A stretch of DNA of 63,669 bases, filler included, from Thraustochytrium aureum (taxonomy: Eukaryota): NCBI GenBank assembly GCA_012862495.1. It is 8 parts of 6 records of this genome, joined end to end, with 100 filler letters (N's around TTAATTAATTAA, not from the genome) between each part and the next. Parts side by side here need not be neighbours in the genome. Positions count along the whole stretch, not along the records: positions 29,932 to 34,589 come from BLSG01000386.1; positions 34,690 to 49,491 come from BLSG01000388.1; 6 more parts are not named here. One strand, given 5' to 3'. The notes beneath the pieces were generated by a model. That model worked only from the letters and a program-made list of their open reading frames with translations, did not search any database and was not told where the DNA came from. This document shows positions 34,251 to 44,763 of the stretch, in pieces. The position numbers and the translations under genes were made by a program. Position 1 is the stretch's first letter. Every line of letters begins with the position of its first letter.

Positions 34251-34589
34251 GGTTGATTGTTGAAGTTGTAGGAGCGGTCCGGTCCTGGAGACGGGGACGC
34301 TTGAAGTGGAGAAGGAGTTGATGAATTGGTCGGGCCCTGGAGGCGTTGACGCTGGAAGGTCCTGTGGTGCCTTGAGGGGAGTTTGAGACCCGTGGCGAGG
34401 ACTTGTTGGAGAGTTTTGAGAGGTCCGGAGGACGCTGTGAGGAGGAGCTTGGGCCTTGTGGAAAGAAGAACCGTTCGTTCGTTCTTTCGTTGTGGTGGAG
34501 TGGAGCGCGTGGCTTGGGTCCTGGAGACACCACGGTCCTGCCGGCCTTGGCGCCGGCGGTTTGCTCGTTCGAGAGCACTGAGCCGATAA
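29932..34589 (-). mobile_element. Ty1/Copia LTR retrotransposon internal region (LTRs not assembled)
   Basis: The whole contig is a 5' leader plus one uninterrupted gag-pol ORF in PR-INT-RT-RH order. Confidence 0.95.
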
Positions 34590-34709
34590 NNNNNNNNNNN
34601 NNNNNNNNNNNNNNNNNNNNNNNNNNNNNNNNNTTAATTAATTAANNNNNNNNNNNNNNNNNNNNNNNNNNNNNNNNNNNNNNNNNNNNCTTAATCCACC
34701 TAAGACCTT

Positions 34710-34850
34710 CTAGTTCAAAAACGTCATAACCTTAACCCATTAAGGGGTCAAGATAAAACCGACGAGAAATCGAAGATCACAGGAGGGCACTATCTGGCTG
34801 AAACCAGTTACGACGCCATGTGCCTCCTACCGCCAGGCCTGGCTCGCAAT
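34710..34850 (-). ncRNA. candidate Fanzor omegaRNA scaffold / element right end (boundaries approximate)
   Basis: Inverted repeats overlap and follow the ORF end: 34781-34790 pairs with 34820-34828, an inner hairpin at 34794-34807, a palindrome at 34832-34843, and a hairpin at 34731-34752. The position matches known TnpB/Fanzor omegaRNAs. Confidence 0.5.
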
Positions 34851-36397
34851 CTCTCAAGAGGTGTAGAGGGTGCTCCCCACCTCGTACTACGCTATTGTAA
34901 AAGACATCAAAGATATTGATGGCGGCATTGAAGTCCCTGTCCCATGTCTTGCCACACTTGTTGCAAATGCGCACTCCATGGAGGTCCTTCATCACACCAT
35001 CCTTGTCTAATCCCCGCATAGGTCTCATCGTAAATCCGCGACAACAGGATGACATCTTGGACGTTCTAAATTCGTCCACGGAGATGATTTCATACCCCGA
35101 TTTGATGGCATGTCGCTTGATTTTCTTCGTTGGACCACCCGGTGACGTCCCTTTAAAACCGTTGGTCTTGCTGCAGTCTCCGATACCGAGCGGTTTCTTC
35201 CTGTCAAACGTTACCCAGTTGAGCATCTTGTCTATGGTTCGTTTTTCAGCAATGCGGGCTTCAGCCTTCAATTTGAGCAACTGCCTGTTGTGGTAGTGGC
35301 TGTAGATGGCGTCATAAACCTCACATCGTAAAAGTATGGCCTCACGTAGATTGCCAAAGTCTGTCGTCTTGAGAGAGTGTTCACTGAGCTGTGCTTCAAG
35401 GGCCCGAATGCCCCTGTGTCGTTGGAGGATCTTTACCCTCTCTAGAACTTTTCGCCTCTTCGATTCGTGGATATACCTCTTCTTGGTGTAGTTTCGCATT
35501 TCCATCACAGGTATGCCATGCTCGTCAGTATCTCCAGTGGGAGACACACATGTAAACATGTTGTGATGACCGACGTCTGCAGCAGCGAAGTTGCAGGGGT
35601 TTGAAATGTCTCTGTTCTTGATGTTCTGGAAACTGTACCCGGGGTCCCAGTCTGACTCCATGATGAGCATCGATTTCTTCACTTTCTTTGCGCGCGCCCC
35701 CATCCTCTCTTTGTTTTTGTCGAATGTGAAATGGAACTCAAACCCGTTCGTGCGGAATTGTTTTCCTTCAAACACCCAACCAGGCCCCCGCTTGGGAATC
35801 TCTAGCCAATCAGAAAGGTCCGGGTTACTTTCCCTGAAGTTGTTCCACTCCTCCCATCGCTTGCGCTCATCGTCGTCCTTCCAGTTTTTCTTTTTGTGAC
35901 AGGGTTTGAGGCGCCCCCAGAGTGTTTTGAGCACTGATACATCCATGGGGACAAACTTTGTACCAATGTGACGCTCAGGTATGAGAGTGAACGATTTGTA
36001 CGACAACTCGTCCGTGTTCGCACGCTCAATCTCTTGCATCATCATGTACCTGTACTGCGTGAGCTCTTCGTTGTCAAAAGCTCGATCGAAGAGAGTCGTT
36101 TCTTCGATGATGATTTTATCGATCTCTTCGCGGTCGAGGCCGATAGTCTTTGGGATGTACGTGTACCCCAGGGGATTTTTGTGAGTGACGCGCCCTGAAA
36201 TGAACTTGCCATGGCCTTTTCGGGGTAATCCGTACTTGGCGCGAAGGTAGGTTGCCATGTGATCATAGATTGCTATGTCGTTGTAGTTTTCAGCAGCAGT
36301 TGCTAATTGCGTTGCTTCGTAGCTTGGGATATTCCCATGGCAGCCGGTTTGCACGAGGTTTTCACGGCCGCCCCAAAGCGAACGGTAAACAGGTTCT
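34777..36397 (-). CDS. Fanzor (eukaryotic TnpB-like RNA-guided DNA endonuclease), Fanzor1-like; N-terminus in gap 36399-36958
   Basis: About 540 uninterrupted codons. FRTNG motif. RuvC-I AAADVG (Asp 35575-35577). GIGD. RuvC-II VDEFRTSK (Glu 35071-35073). Zinc finger SSCC...CNKC. RuvC-III WDRDFNAAINI (Asp 34933-34935). C-terminal HPLHLLR. Confidence 0.92.
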
Positions 36398-36958
36398 ANN
36401 NNNNNNNNNNNNNNNNNNNNNNNNNNNNNNNNNNNNNNNNNNNNNNNNNNNNNNNNNNNNNNNNNNNNNNNNNNNNNNNNNNNNNNNNNNNNNNNNNNNN
36501 NNNNNNNNNNNNNNNNNNNNNNNNNNNNNNNNNNNNNNNNNNNNNNNNNNNNNNNNNNNNNNNNNNNNNNNNNNNNNNNNNNNNNNNNNNNNNNNNNNNN
36601 NNNNNNNNNNNNNNNNNNNNNNNNNNNNNNNNNNNNNNNNNNNNNNNNNNNNNNNNNNNNNNNNNNNNNNNNNNNNNNNNNNNNNNNNNNNNNNNNNNNN
36701 NNNNNNNNNNNNNNNNNNNNNNNNNNNNNNNNNNNNNNNNNNNNNNNNNNNNNNNNNNNNNNNNNNNNNNNNNNNNNNNNNNNNNNNNNNNNNNNNNNNN
36801 NNNNNNNNNNNNNNNNNNNNNNNNNNNNNNNNNNNNNNNNNNNNNNNNNNNNNNNNNNNNNNNNNNNNNNNNNNNNNNNNNNNNNNNNNNNNNNNNNNNN
36901 NNNNNNNNNNNNNNNNNNNNNNNNNNNNNNNNNNNNNNNNNNNNNNNNNNNNNNNNNN

Positions 36959-37544
36959 TGTATTTTAACGGACAGGCGCTCGGCGTGGACAAGACAATCA
37001 TTGAGCAGGTGGCAGCGTCTCTGTTTGTAGCTTCGCGTGGGTCGCGGAGTTGTCTGGCCGACATGTACCTGTCTGTGACAAGTCCTTCCAGTTTCACTGG
37101 GCCGCTGCAGACGAGCGGTGTTAGGCTCTGGGGCCGTTGGTTGGTATTCGGAGGTACTGTGAACAAAGTGCACGTGCCTAGGGCCGTTCAGAAACTGCGC
37201 TCAGCGTGGGCCGGTACACTCACACGATTTGAGGCCGGAGAGCCCGTGGCGTCCTACGCGCAGTGCTTTTTCTTACCAACCCACAACCTCCAGGCTGTGC
37301 GGCGGGACCTGCACGAGCTCATCAGAGTATTTCTTCCTTTCCCCATCCGCAGCTGGAAACCGGGATTACCGGAGGTGTGAACAACGACGGTTGCGACCAC
37401 GACCATGTAAACATAAGCGAAGACGAGGAAGACAGCTCGGAGGAGGATTACGTCCCTGACCAGGACAGTCTCGTTGACGGAGAGGACAGCGCCTCGAGCA
37501 ATTGGGACAATCGGGATACCAACCGGCTAGCAACAATCGAGTAG
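36959..37544 (+). CDS. hypothetical ORF fragment(s) divergent from the Fanzor, with an acidic tail in another frame
   Basis: Open frame 36961-37380 (FNGQALGVDKTIIEQVAASLF...) and an overlapping acidic frame ending at 37544 (SEDEEDSSEEDYVPD). Confidence 0.35.
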
Positions 37545-40275
37545 TAGCGCGATCGCCGCCGCGGCAGCTCCAATCGGATAGCCGCAAACGAGTAAGGCGC
37601 GGCCACTCTCCGCGCTGCATCAACTCGATGCAACTAGGCCTAGCCGCTTTCATCACTCTCCCGTCCCAAGGCGCGGCGCGAGAGCCAGNNNNNNNNNNNN
37701 NNNNNNNNNNNNNNNNNNNNNNNNNNNNNNNNNNNNNNNNNNNNNNNNNNNNNNNNNNNNNNNNNNNNNNNNNNNNNNNNNNNNNNNNNNNNNNNNNNNN
37801 NNNNNNNNNNNNNNNNNNNNNNNNNNNNNNNNNNNNNNNNNNNNNNNNNNNNNNNNNNNNNNNNNNNNNNNNNNNNNNNNNNNNNNNNNNNNNNNNNNNN
37901 NNNNNNNNNNNNNNNNNNNNNNNNNNNNNNNNNNNNNNNNNNNNNNNNNNNNNNNNNNNNNNNNNNNNNNNNNNNNNNNNNNNNNNNNNNNNNNNNNNNN
38001 NNNNNNNNNNNNNNNNNNNNNNNNNNNNNNNNNNNNNNNNNNNNNNNNNNNNNNNNNNNNNNNNNNNNNNNNNNNNNNNNNNNNNNNNNNNNNNNNNNNN
38101 NNNNNNNNNNNNNNNNNNNNNNNNNNNNNNNNNNNNNNNNNNNNNNNNNNNNNNNNNNNNNNNNNNNNNNNNNNNNNNNNNNNNNNNNNNNNNNNNNNNN
38201 NNNNNNNNNNNNNNNNNNNNNNNNNNNNNNNNNNNNNNNNNNNNNNNNNNNNNNNNNNNNNNNNNNNNNNNNNNNNNNNNNNNNNNNNNNNNNNNNNNNN
38301 NNNNNNNNNNNNNNNNNNNNNNNNNNNNNNNNNNNNNNNNNNNNNNNNNNNNNNNNNNNNNNNNNNNNNNNNNNNNNNNNNNNNNNNNNNNNNNNNNNNN
38401 NNNNNNNNNNNNNNNNNNNNNNNNNNNNNNNNNNNNNNNNNNNNNNNNNNNNNNNNNNNNNNNNNNNNNNNNNNNNNNNNNNNNNNNNNNNNNNNNNNNN
38501 NNNNNNNNNNNNNNNNNNNNNNNNNNNNNNNNNNNNNNNNNNNNNNNNNNNNNNNNNNNNNNNNNNNNNNNNNNNNNNNNNNNNNNNNNNNNNNNNNNNN
38601 NNNNNNNNNNNNNNNNNNNNNNNNNNNNNNNNNNNNNNNNNNNNNNNNNNNNACCTGCGTTGCTCAGGACACTCTCGAAAACGTCAGGTCCACCTACGTC
38701 AAGTTTGTGAAGATCTCCCAGAACAGAAATAACTCCGGAGAACCTTGCGCTGGCCGGGTTCCTTCTTCTCGTTGCGAAGCAGGTTCACAAGACTGCGCAC
38801 TTCGTCGGAGGCTGGCCTGCAAGAGATTCTATTCTCGACTTTGATGACGCCTTGCGCTTCCGTCAGCACGTCCTCGAGTTTCGCACCCATCCCGCACATC
38901 ATCCTCCGGTATGAGGCCTCCAGCAGTCCTCGCGCTCCCACGAAGCGCTCGTTGCTTTTTCTGCTGTCACGGTTGCACATGGCGCGGCTTCGTAATAAGG
39001 TTCAAGCGTATTCGGGTGGTGCTTATGTTAACTTCTTCACCTAAATATTCTTCTACTAGTCTTGTAAATTCGCACCACGCCGAGTCTCACGTAATTTTAC
39101 TATTTTGTGGTGGACTGCGTNNNNNNNNNNNNNNNNNNNNNNNNNNNNNNNNNNNNNNNNNNNNNNNNNNNNNNNNNNNNNNNNNNNNNNNNNNNNNNNN
39201 NNNNNNNNNNNNNNNNNNNNNNNNNNNNNNNNNNNNNNNNNNNNNNNNNNNNNNNNNNNNNNNNNNNNNNNNNNNNNNNNNNNNNNNNNNNNNNNNNNNN
39301 NNNNNNNNNNNNNNNNNNNNNNNNNNNNNNNNNNNNNNNNNNNNNNNNNNNNNNNNNNNNNNNNNNNNNNNNNNNNNNNNNNNNNNNNNNNNNNNNNNNN
39401 NNNNNNNNNNNNTGGAAACTCGCAAGCGCGGCCACACCGAAGAGTCTCGCTAGCGCATCGACCAGCAGCTTTATGCGCGTCAGCAGATCGGTCGCGTTTC
39501 AGCACGATGATGTCCGACCCATGGCGCGGCGAAGGGGTGCGTTCCAGGCGCGATGCGATTCAATCCTCGTGCCAGGAGATCGCGCTCTAAAGCAGAGTAG
39601 TTTCATAAGAGCGCGCAGGCCACTTCCAGATCACTCGCAGAAGCAATGCATTGCACTTTACGCGCGCCTCTCCGGTGTCTATCGGTAACTTTGCCAGGGA
39701 GCGCGTTTTGCGTTCGGCCAAGCTCGCACGTCACGTTTGCCCTGCCTAGAGGCCTACCCATTCAATCAAGCTTTTGAAGTCGCACCTCCCGTCTTTTAGC
39801 GCTTGGTAGAGCAGCAAATGCCTTGGCTGGCGTTGACTTTCAGCGGTGGGTTGCACTTGACACAACCAGTCAGCACCGCGCTGAACGAAAAGAAAAAAAT
39901 CTGCTGCAATTCAATCAAGAGTGCGAGTAGGTAACTGCCAAATAACGGCGGATCTGACCGTCCTTAGCCCAAGCTGAACTGCTCCTGCTCGGTCATACTG
40001 TCAGCGGCTTCACACGTCCGCGACGCGCTCACAATCCTGAGGTCGCACTGTGAGCGGCTTTGAGACCACAACGCGGTCGGCGAGGTCGGCGAGTCGGGCC
40101 CCCTGGCTGTTGCTTCACCCCAAATGGCCATCATAGCGAAGGGAACCCTGCAGACCCCCAACAGAACAGAGCGCATACGTGCATACTAGTACGTACGTGC
40201 ACAGACGACAGGGAGAGAGCGTGCAGCGAAGTAGGCCTGCCATTGCTGCTGCTCTACTCGACTGGATACTGCTGG

Positions 40276-41088
40276 ATGGGACGAAGCCGCAGGATGGATG
40301 GCGACTCACGCTCGTCCTCGCTGCTCGACACGCTACTTCCGTGGCGGCTGCACGACATATCGGTTTCAAGCGAGCGTCACGCGTACATCAACAACTTGCT
40401 CGACAGCCGAATCGGCGGCCTGCTCAACTGGCTTCCTTTCATTCTCGTGGTTGCGCTGGCTTGTAAGGACGTGCGAGCTGCGGTATGGAGCGCGTTTGGC
40501 GTCCAGATGTTTATGATCCTCGTCAAACTCTACCAATTCAGCGCCAACAAGCGCCTTAGTCCAGTGATGTGGCTGGACGCAGGGCTCGCGCTGTCTTTGC
40601 TGTGCCAAGGTGTTGTGGCCGAGGTAGAAACGCTCCCGTGCGACATCGTCAGCCCAATCAACGTTTCCGTGCTTCTGGCCTCCGCACTCGTGTCCATGCT
40701 GGCCGCTTCACCGTTCACCATGCAATTTGCCCGACTCAAGCCCGAGGTCACGGATGAGGTGCTGGCCAGCGCCGCGTTCCTCAAGCTCAACTACTTGCTG
40801 ACTTTTGTTTGGGTAATCCTCTTTGCGCTCATGTCGTTGTCTTCGTGGCTCGGCTGGGCATTTTTCAGGGACGACACCGATTCGACAGGCCACATCATCC
40901 TCTCCACGGTTGTGCCAATCCTGCTGCCTGTGCTCGGCTCACAAGCGATGCCTTGTCTCGTCGCTTGGTTGCGCCAGAGGGCGGCCAGCAGTCCCGAGTA
41001 CGAGCCGCCTGTGACCGAGGCGGATGCACAACAGCAGAGGGCGGAGAGGCCCACGGGCAGCATACCGTCGTCGATGCAGCAGGTTTGA
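40276..41088 (+). CDS. multi-pass membrane protein resembling bacterial septation-A-like membrane proteins
   Basis: About 6 hydrophobic helices. PFTMQFAR..PEV....AFLKLNYLLTFVW motif. Start uncertain. Confidence 0.65.
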   Translation: MGRSRRMDGDSRSSSLLDTLLPWRLHDISVSSERHAYINNLLDSRIGGLLNWLPFILVVALACKDVRAAVWSAFGVQMFMILVKLYQFSANKRLSPVMWLDAGLALSLLCQGVVAEVETLPCDIVSPINVSVLLASALVSMLAASPFTMQFARLKPEVTDEVLASAAFLKLNYLLTFVWVILFALMSLSSWLGWAFFRDDTDSTGHIILSTVVPILLPVLGSQAMPCLVAWLRQRAASSPEYEPPVTEADAQQQRAERPTGSIPSSMQQV

Positions 41089-41676
41089 ATGTCTCCTCGA
41101 CGCCGCCACGAGCCCGCGCAGATCTGCATCATCGGTGAAAAGACAGATGCCTCGAACGGCAGACAAAGCAAGTACAGTAGGCCTACATCGTTGAAAGAGC
41201 AACGCGAGATTTCTGTCACTTGAAAAAGCGCGAGAGCTGCGCGCTGCGCGAGCATCGCATTCCATTCGCCCTTGCCGACCACGAACGCCAGCGCATTGCT
41301 GCGCCAGATCCCACGATTCCCAACGCGAAGTTCTCGTTGCCTTTACGAACTGATGTGGGCGGACACAACCTTTTTGCAACAGGATTTGCGCGATTCGGGA
41401 CAAGCGCATGTCGTTCCAAGCCCGCGTCGGACCCAACGAGGACTCCGCCGACCGAGCTCCTTGCAGGCTGCCGCCCTTGTCTGAACGAGAGCAGGCCCTC
41501 GCAGCTTGGCACTCTTGTCCAAACCAAGGCAGACCCTGAACCGCGAAGAAGGATCCTACTTGGGCTCGAGCGTGACAGGCAGCCAACGACATCGTCCACC
41601 TCGCGGTTGAGAACTCCTCCCCGGTCCACTTCACGGCTCATCATAGCACGTAGAGTACTCTACACTCGGCTCTACT

Positions 41677-42552
41677 ATGGAGCAGTCCCCGCGGTTGCGC
41701 GTGCTTGTGGCTGGTGCCTCTGGCTACTTGGGCAAGTTCGTAGTGCGCGAAGCAAAGAGCAGGGGCATGTGGGTACGTGCGCTTGCGCGAAGTCGAGACA
41801 AGGTGGCAGAGGTGGCAGACGCTTGTGACGAGGTGTTCGTGGGCGAGGTCACAGACAGCGGCTCCCTCCAAGGCTGCTTTGAGGGCATTGACGTCGTGTT
41901 TTCGAGCATCGGCATCACGCGGCAAACCGACAAGGTGACCTATGAGGACGTCGACTTGAAGGGCAACCTGAACCTGCTCGAGGGCGCCGCAGCAGCCGGG
42001 TGCAAGCGGTTCGTGTACGTGTCAGCGCTCCACCTCGAGTTGGTGGCGCACATCGACATGGCAGCCGCCAAGCTGCGCTTTGAAGAGGAGCTCACAAAGC
42101 AACATCAAGTCGAGTGGGCAGTCGTCAGACCGACGGGGTTTTTCTGCGACATGGCCGAGTTTTTGAACATGGCTCGCAACGGGCGGTGCTACGTGATTGG
42201 CAATGGAAAGACCAAGATGAACCCCATCCATGGCGCCGACCTCGCCGTCGTGTGCGCCGAGGCCATGACCGGAAGTCCCAACCAGAAAATCGATGTGGGG
42301 GGGCCGCGCACCTTCACCTGGGACGAAGTCTGCGGTACTGCCTTTGCAGCGCTCGGCCAGAAGCGCCGCATAACGCACGTACCTGTCTGCATGATCCGCG
42401 CTGTCTTGCCGCTGGTAAAGCTTGTGAACCGGCGCGCGTGGAACTTGGGGAGCTTTGCTCTTTTGTCTCAGCGAGACCTGGTCGGTCCTCCGGCGGGGAC
42501 GCACGACCTCGCAGAGTTCTTTCGAGAGCAGGCCTTCAGCCAGCCCGCGTAA
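41677..42552 (+). CDS. atypical SDR / NmrA-like NAD(P)-binding oxidoreductase
   Basis: VLVAGASGYLG Rossmann motif, DVVFSSIGITRQ, VRPTGFF, NPIHGADLA, VGGP. Confidence 0.9.
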   Translation: MEQSPRLRVLVAGASGYLGKFVVREAKSRGMWVRALARSRDKVAEVADACDEVFVGEVTDSGSLQGCFEGIDVVFSSIGITRQTDKVTYEDVDLKGNLNLLEGAAAAGCKRFVYVSALHLELVAHIDMAAAKLRFEEELTKQHQVEWAVVRPTGFFCDMAEFLNMARNGRCYVIGNGKTKMNPIHGADLAVVCAEAMTGSPNQKIDVGGPRTFTWDEVCGTAFAALGQKRRITHVPVCMIRAVLPLVKLVNRRAWNLGSFALLSQRDLVGPPAGTHDLAEFFREQAFSQPA

Positions 42553-42697
42553 AGCGAATAGGGTAGGCACATCAACGACCATTCCTTTCCTTTTTTTTTC
42601 GCTCTTTCGACTTGCTCGAGATTGTTCGGCTGCCGGAGCAAATGCGCGAGCTTGCCGCTGTCGCCGCTCTTGCCTGCTGTCCCCATCTTTCCAGTGT

Positions 42698-44083
42698 CTA
42701 CATGCGCGAACGAGCGAAACAGGCCACGGCCGTCGCGCCGAGTCCCAACACGGGGACCAGCGGGGCGCCATAGCGAAGCTGCTTTTTCAGCGGCGGGCCA
42801 GAGGCGCGATTCCGAGTCGCGCTCCTCGTGCACTCCAGCTCGTAGTCGATTTTGTGGAACACAAACTGCGCCACGTCCTCGGCAAGCTGAGCGGGCCGCT
42901 CCACGGGGACAAAGTGCCCACCCTCCTCGAGCACCGTGCAACTCCGCACGTCGAACGAGAGTTCGAGCAGAGCGCGAGGCATCTGAAGGACTTCTCCCGG
43001 TGCGTAGAGGAGCGCGGTCGGGACGTTGATGTACTCGGGTCCGCGCACGGAGGCCCCACTCAGCAAGACCTCTCTGTACAGGCGCAGCGAGGAGCCCATT
43101 GAGCGCGTCGCCCAGAATATGGTCGCCATAGTCAAGAGCTCCTCTAGGTGCTCCTCTGGCGCCCACGTGTTGTAGTGGTACTTTTCGCTCACGTAAGCAA
43201 GCAGCCCCGCCGGCGAGTCGTTCAAGCCGTGGCCGATCGTGTCGGGCTTGGTAGCATTCTGCAAAAAATAACCTGCGTGCTGCTTTACGGCACCGAGCAG
43301 CCCCGCCGTTGCGACAGCCTCACGCGCATTGAGCGTCAGCCACGGCGCCCCAAGGTTTGCGGCGAGTCGAATCGACTTGTTGAGCGCGGTGAGCGAAAGC
43401 GTGCGTGGGGCTCGCACAACTGGCAGGTTGGTGTGGAGCGCTACGCACCCTGGATACTCGGCTGCCATAGAGGAGGCGATTTCCCCGCCCCAGTCACCGC
43501 CTTGCACGACATATTTTTCGTACCCGAGCCCGTCCACCATCAGCTTGTTATACAAGCGAGCCATGTCGGTCGCCGACACAGACTTGTTCGAGCGCGAGAA
43601 ACCGTATCCGCAAATGCTTGGGACAACCACGTCAAACCCGCGGGCTGCAAACTCTGGCACCGCGCGCGCAAAATCAAATCCAGTTGAAGGCCAGCCATGG
43701 CACAAAATTATGGGGACTGGCTCGCCGCGTTCGGGCCGCGTCGTGGCCTTCGTAAAGATAAAGTGCAGCTCGGCGCCCTCCTCGACCTCCATCATGAACT
43801 GGTCGAGTTTGTTCAATTCCGCCTCTCGTTCGCGCCACCGCTCCAAGAACGGCCCGCGCCACGCCTCGATCTGCTTCGCAAGCTCGCGCACCGACATGCC
43901 GTGATACCACTCGTCCACCTCGCGCTTGTCCTTGCGCGCGGCGCCGTCCGAGCCGGCTCGTTGCGCTTGAAAGCTCGTAGGCACGCTGGGCCCCATCCCG
44001 AACGTTTCCGGCAGCCTGACATCCTCCAGTTTCTCCTTGAGCTCCGCGAGCACCTCGTCGCTCAGGTTGACTGCGAACGGCCT
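42698..44083 (-). CDS. microsomal-type epoxide hydrolase (EHN + alpha/beta hydrolase) with a C-terminal hydrophobic tail; 5' end in gap
   Basis: RPFAVNLSDEVLAELKEKL (EHN), HGWP oxyanion motif, PSICGYGFS, nucleophile QGGDWG, DSPAGLLAY, GGHF. Confidence 0.92.
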   Translation of the reverse strand, partial: RPFAVNLSDEVLAELKEKLEDVRLPETFGMGPSVPTSFQAQRAGSDGAARKDKREVDEWYHGMSVRELAKQIEAWRGPFLERWREREAELNKLDQFMMEVEEGAELHFIFTKATTRPERGEPVPIILCHGWPSTGFDFARAVPEFAARGFDVVVPSICGYGFSRSNKSVSATDMARLYNKLMVDGLGYEKYVVQGGDWGGEIASSMAAEYPGCVALHTNLPVVRAPRTLSLTALNKSIRLAANLGAPWLTLNAREAVATAGLLGAVKQHAGYFLQNATKPDTIGHGLNDSPAGLLAYVSEKYHYNTWAPEEHLEELLTMATIFWATRSMGSSLRLYREVLLSGASVRGPEYINVPTALLYAPGEVLQMPRALLELSFDVRSCTVLEEGGHFVPVERPAQLAEDVAQFVFHKIDYELECTRSATRNRASGPPLKKQLRYGAPLVPVLGLGATAVACFARSRM

Positions 44084-44671
44084 NNNNNNNNNNNNNNNNN
44101 NNNNNNNNNNNNNNNNNNNNNNNNNNNNNNNNNNNNNNNNNNNNNNNNNNNNNNNNNNNNNNNNNNNNNNNNNNNNNNNNNNCGTCGGTTTCTTCCTCGT
44201 CGTCGCCGCCGCCGTCGTCGTCGTCGGAATCAACTAGGTCGCCGTCAGAGCCCTGCGCGCGCACTGTCACCAGCTTCGCTTCCGATGCGGCTCTGGAATG
44301 CCCGGAGGATGATCATCGCGGTCGATGGACTCGAGCTGTCCTGATCCCTGCGCCATCATGCGCACTCGGAGACCCGCGCCCCGCAATGCACTCGGCTACA
44401 AAGGCGCAAGCGAGGAGGGTTGAGAGTAGAGGGCCGCGCTGCTGAGCGGAATGAAGATTTCAAGAGCGTCGAGGATCGCGGTCAACTGCGCGACAACGCC
44501 GGCAAGGGTACTCTAGCTAGAGGTAGGTAATGGTTGAGGAGGGGAGGGAGGCGTCGGCCTGGGACGCTGCTGTCGCAGCGAGGCGAGCGCCATCTCGTTT
44601 TGTCCAGAGGATCTCGCGGGCTGTGGGCGATGTGTTCTGTTCGATGACTCGGAAGGAAGACGACGGCGATC

Positions 44672-44732
44672 AAAACAACAACAACAACATCAGCAGCAGC
44701 AGCAGCAGCAGCAACAACAACAACATCATCAG

Positions 44733-44763
<31 letters not shown>
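44672..44763 (+). repeat. compound (CAA)/(CAG) microsatellite
   Basis: Alternating AAC and AGC triplet runs. Confidence 0.9.

Noticed and set aside
29932..36397. Fanzor carried by the adjacent, co-oriented Copia element
   Set aside because: They are separated by an artificial contig linker (34590-34689), so adjacency is unproven. The Fanzor would also lie outside the expected 5' LTR.
36959..37173. N-terminus of the Fanzor as given by the 798-aa ORF call
   Set aside because: The frame is carried through a 560-N gap of estimated length, and the opposite strand looks more protein-like there. The true start is probably in the gap.
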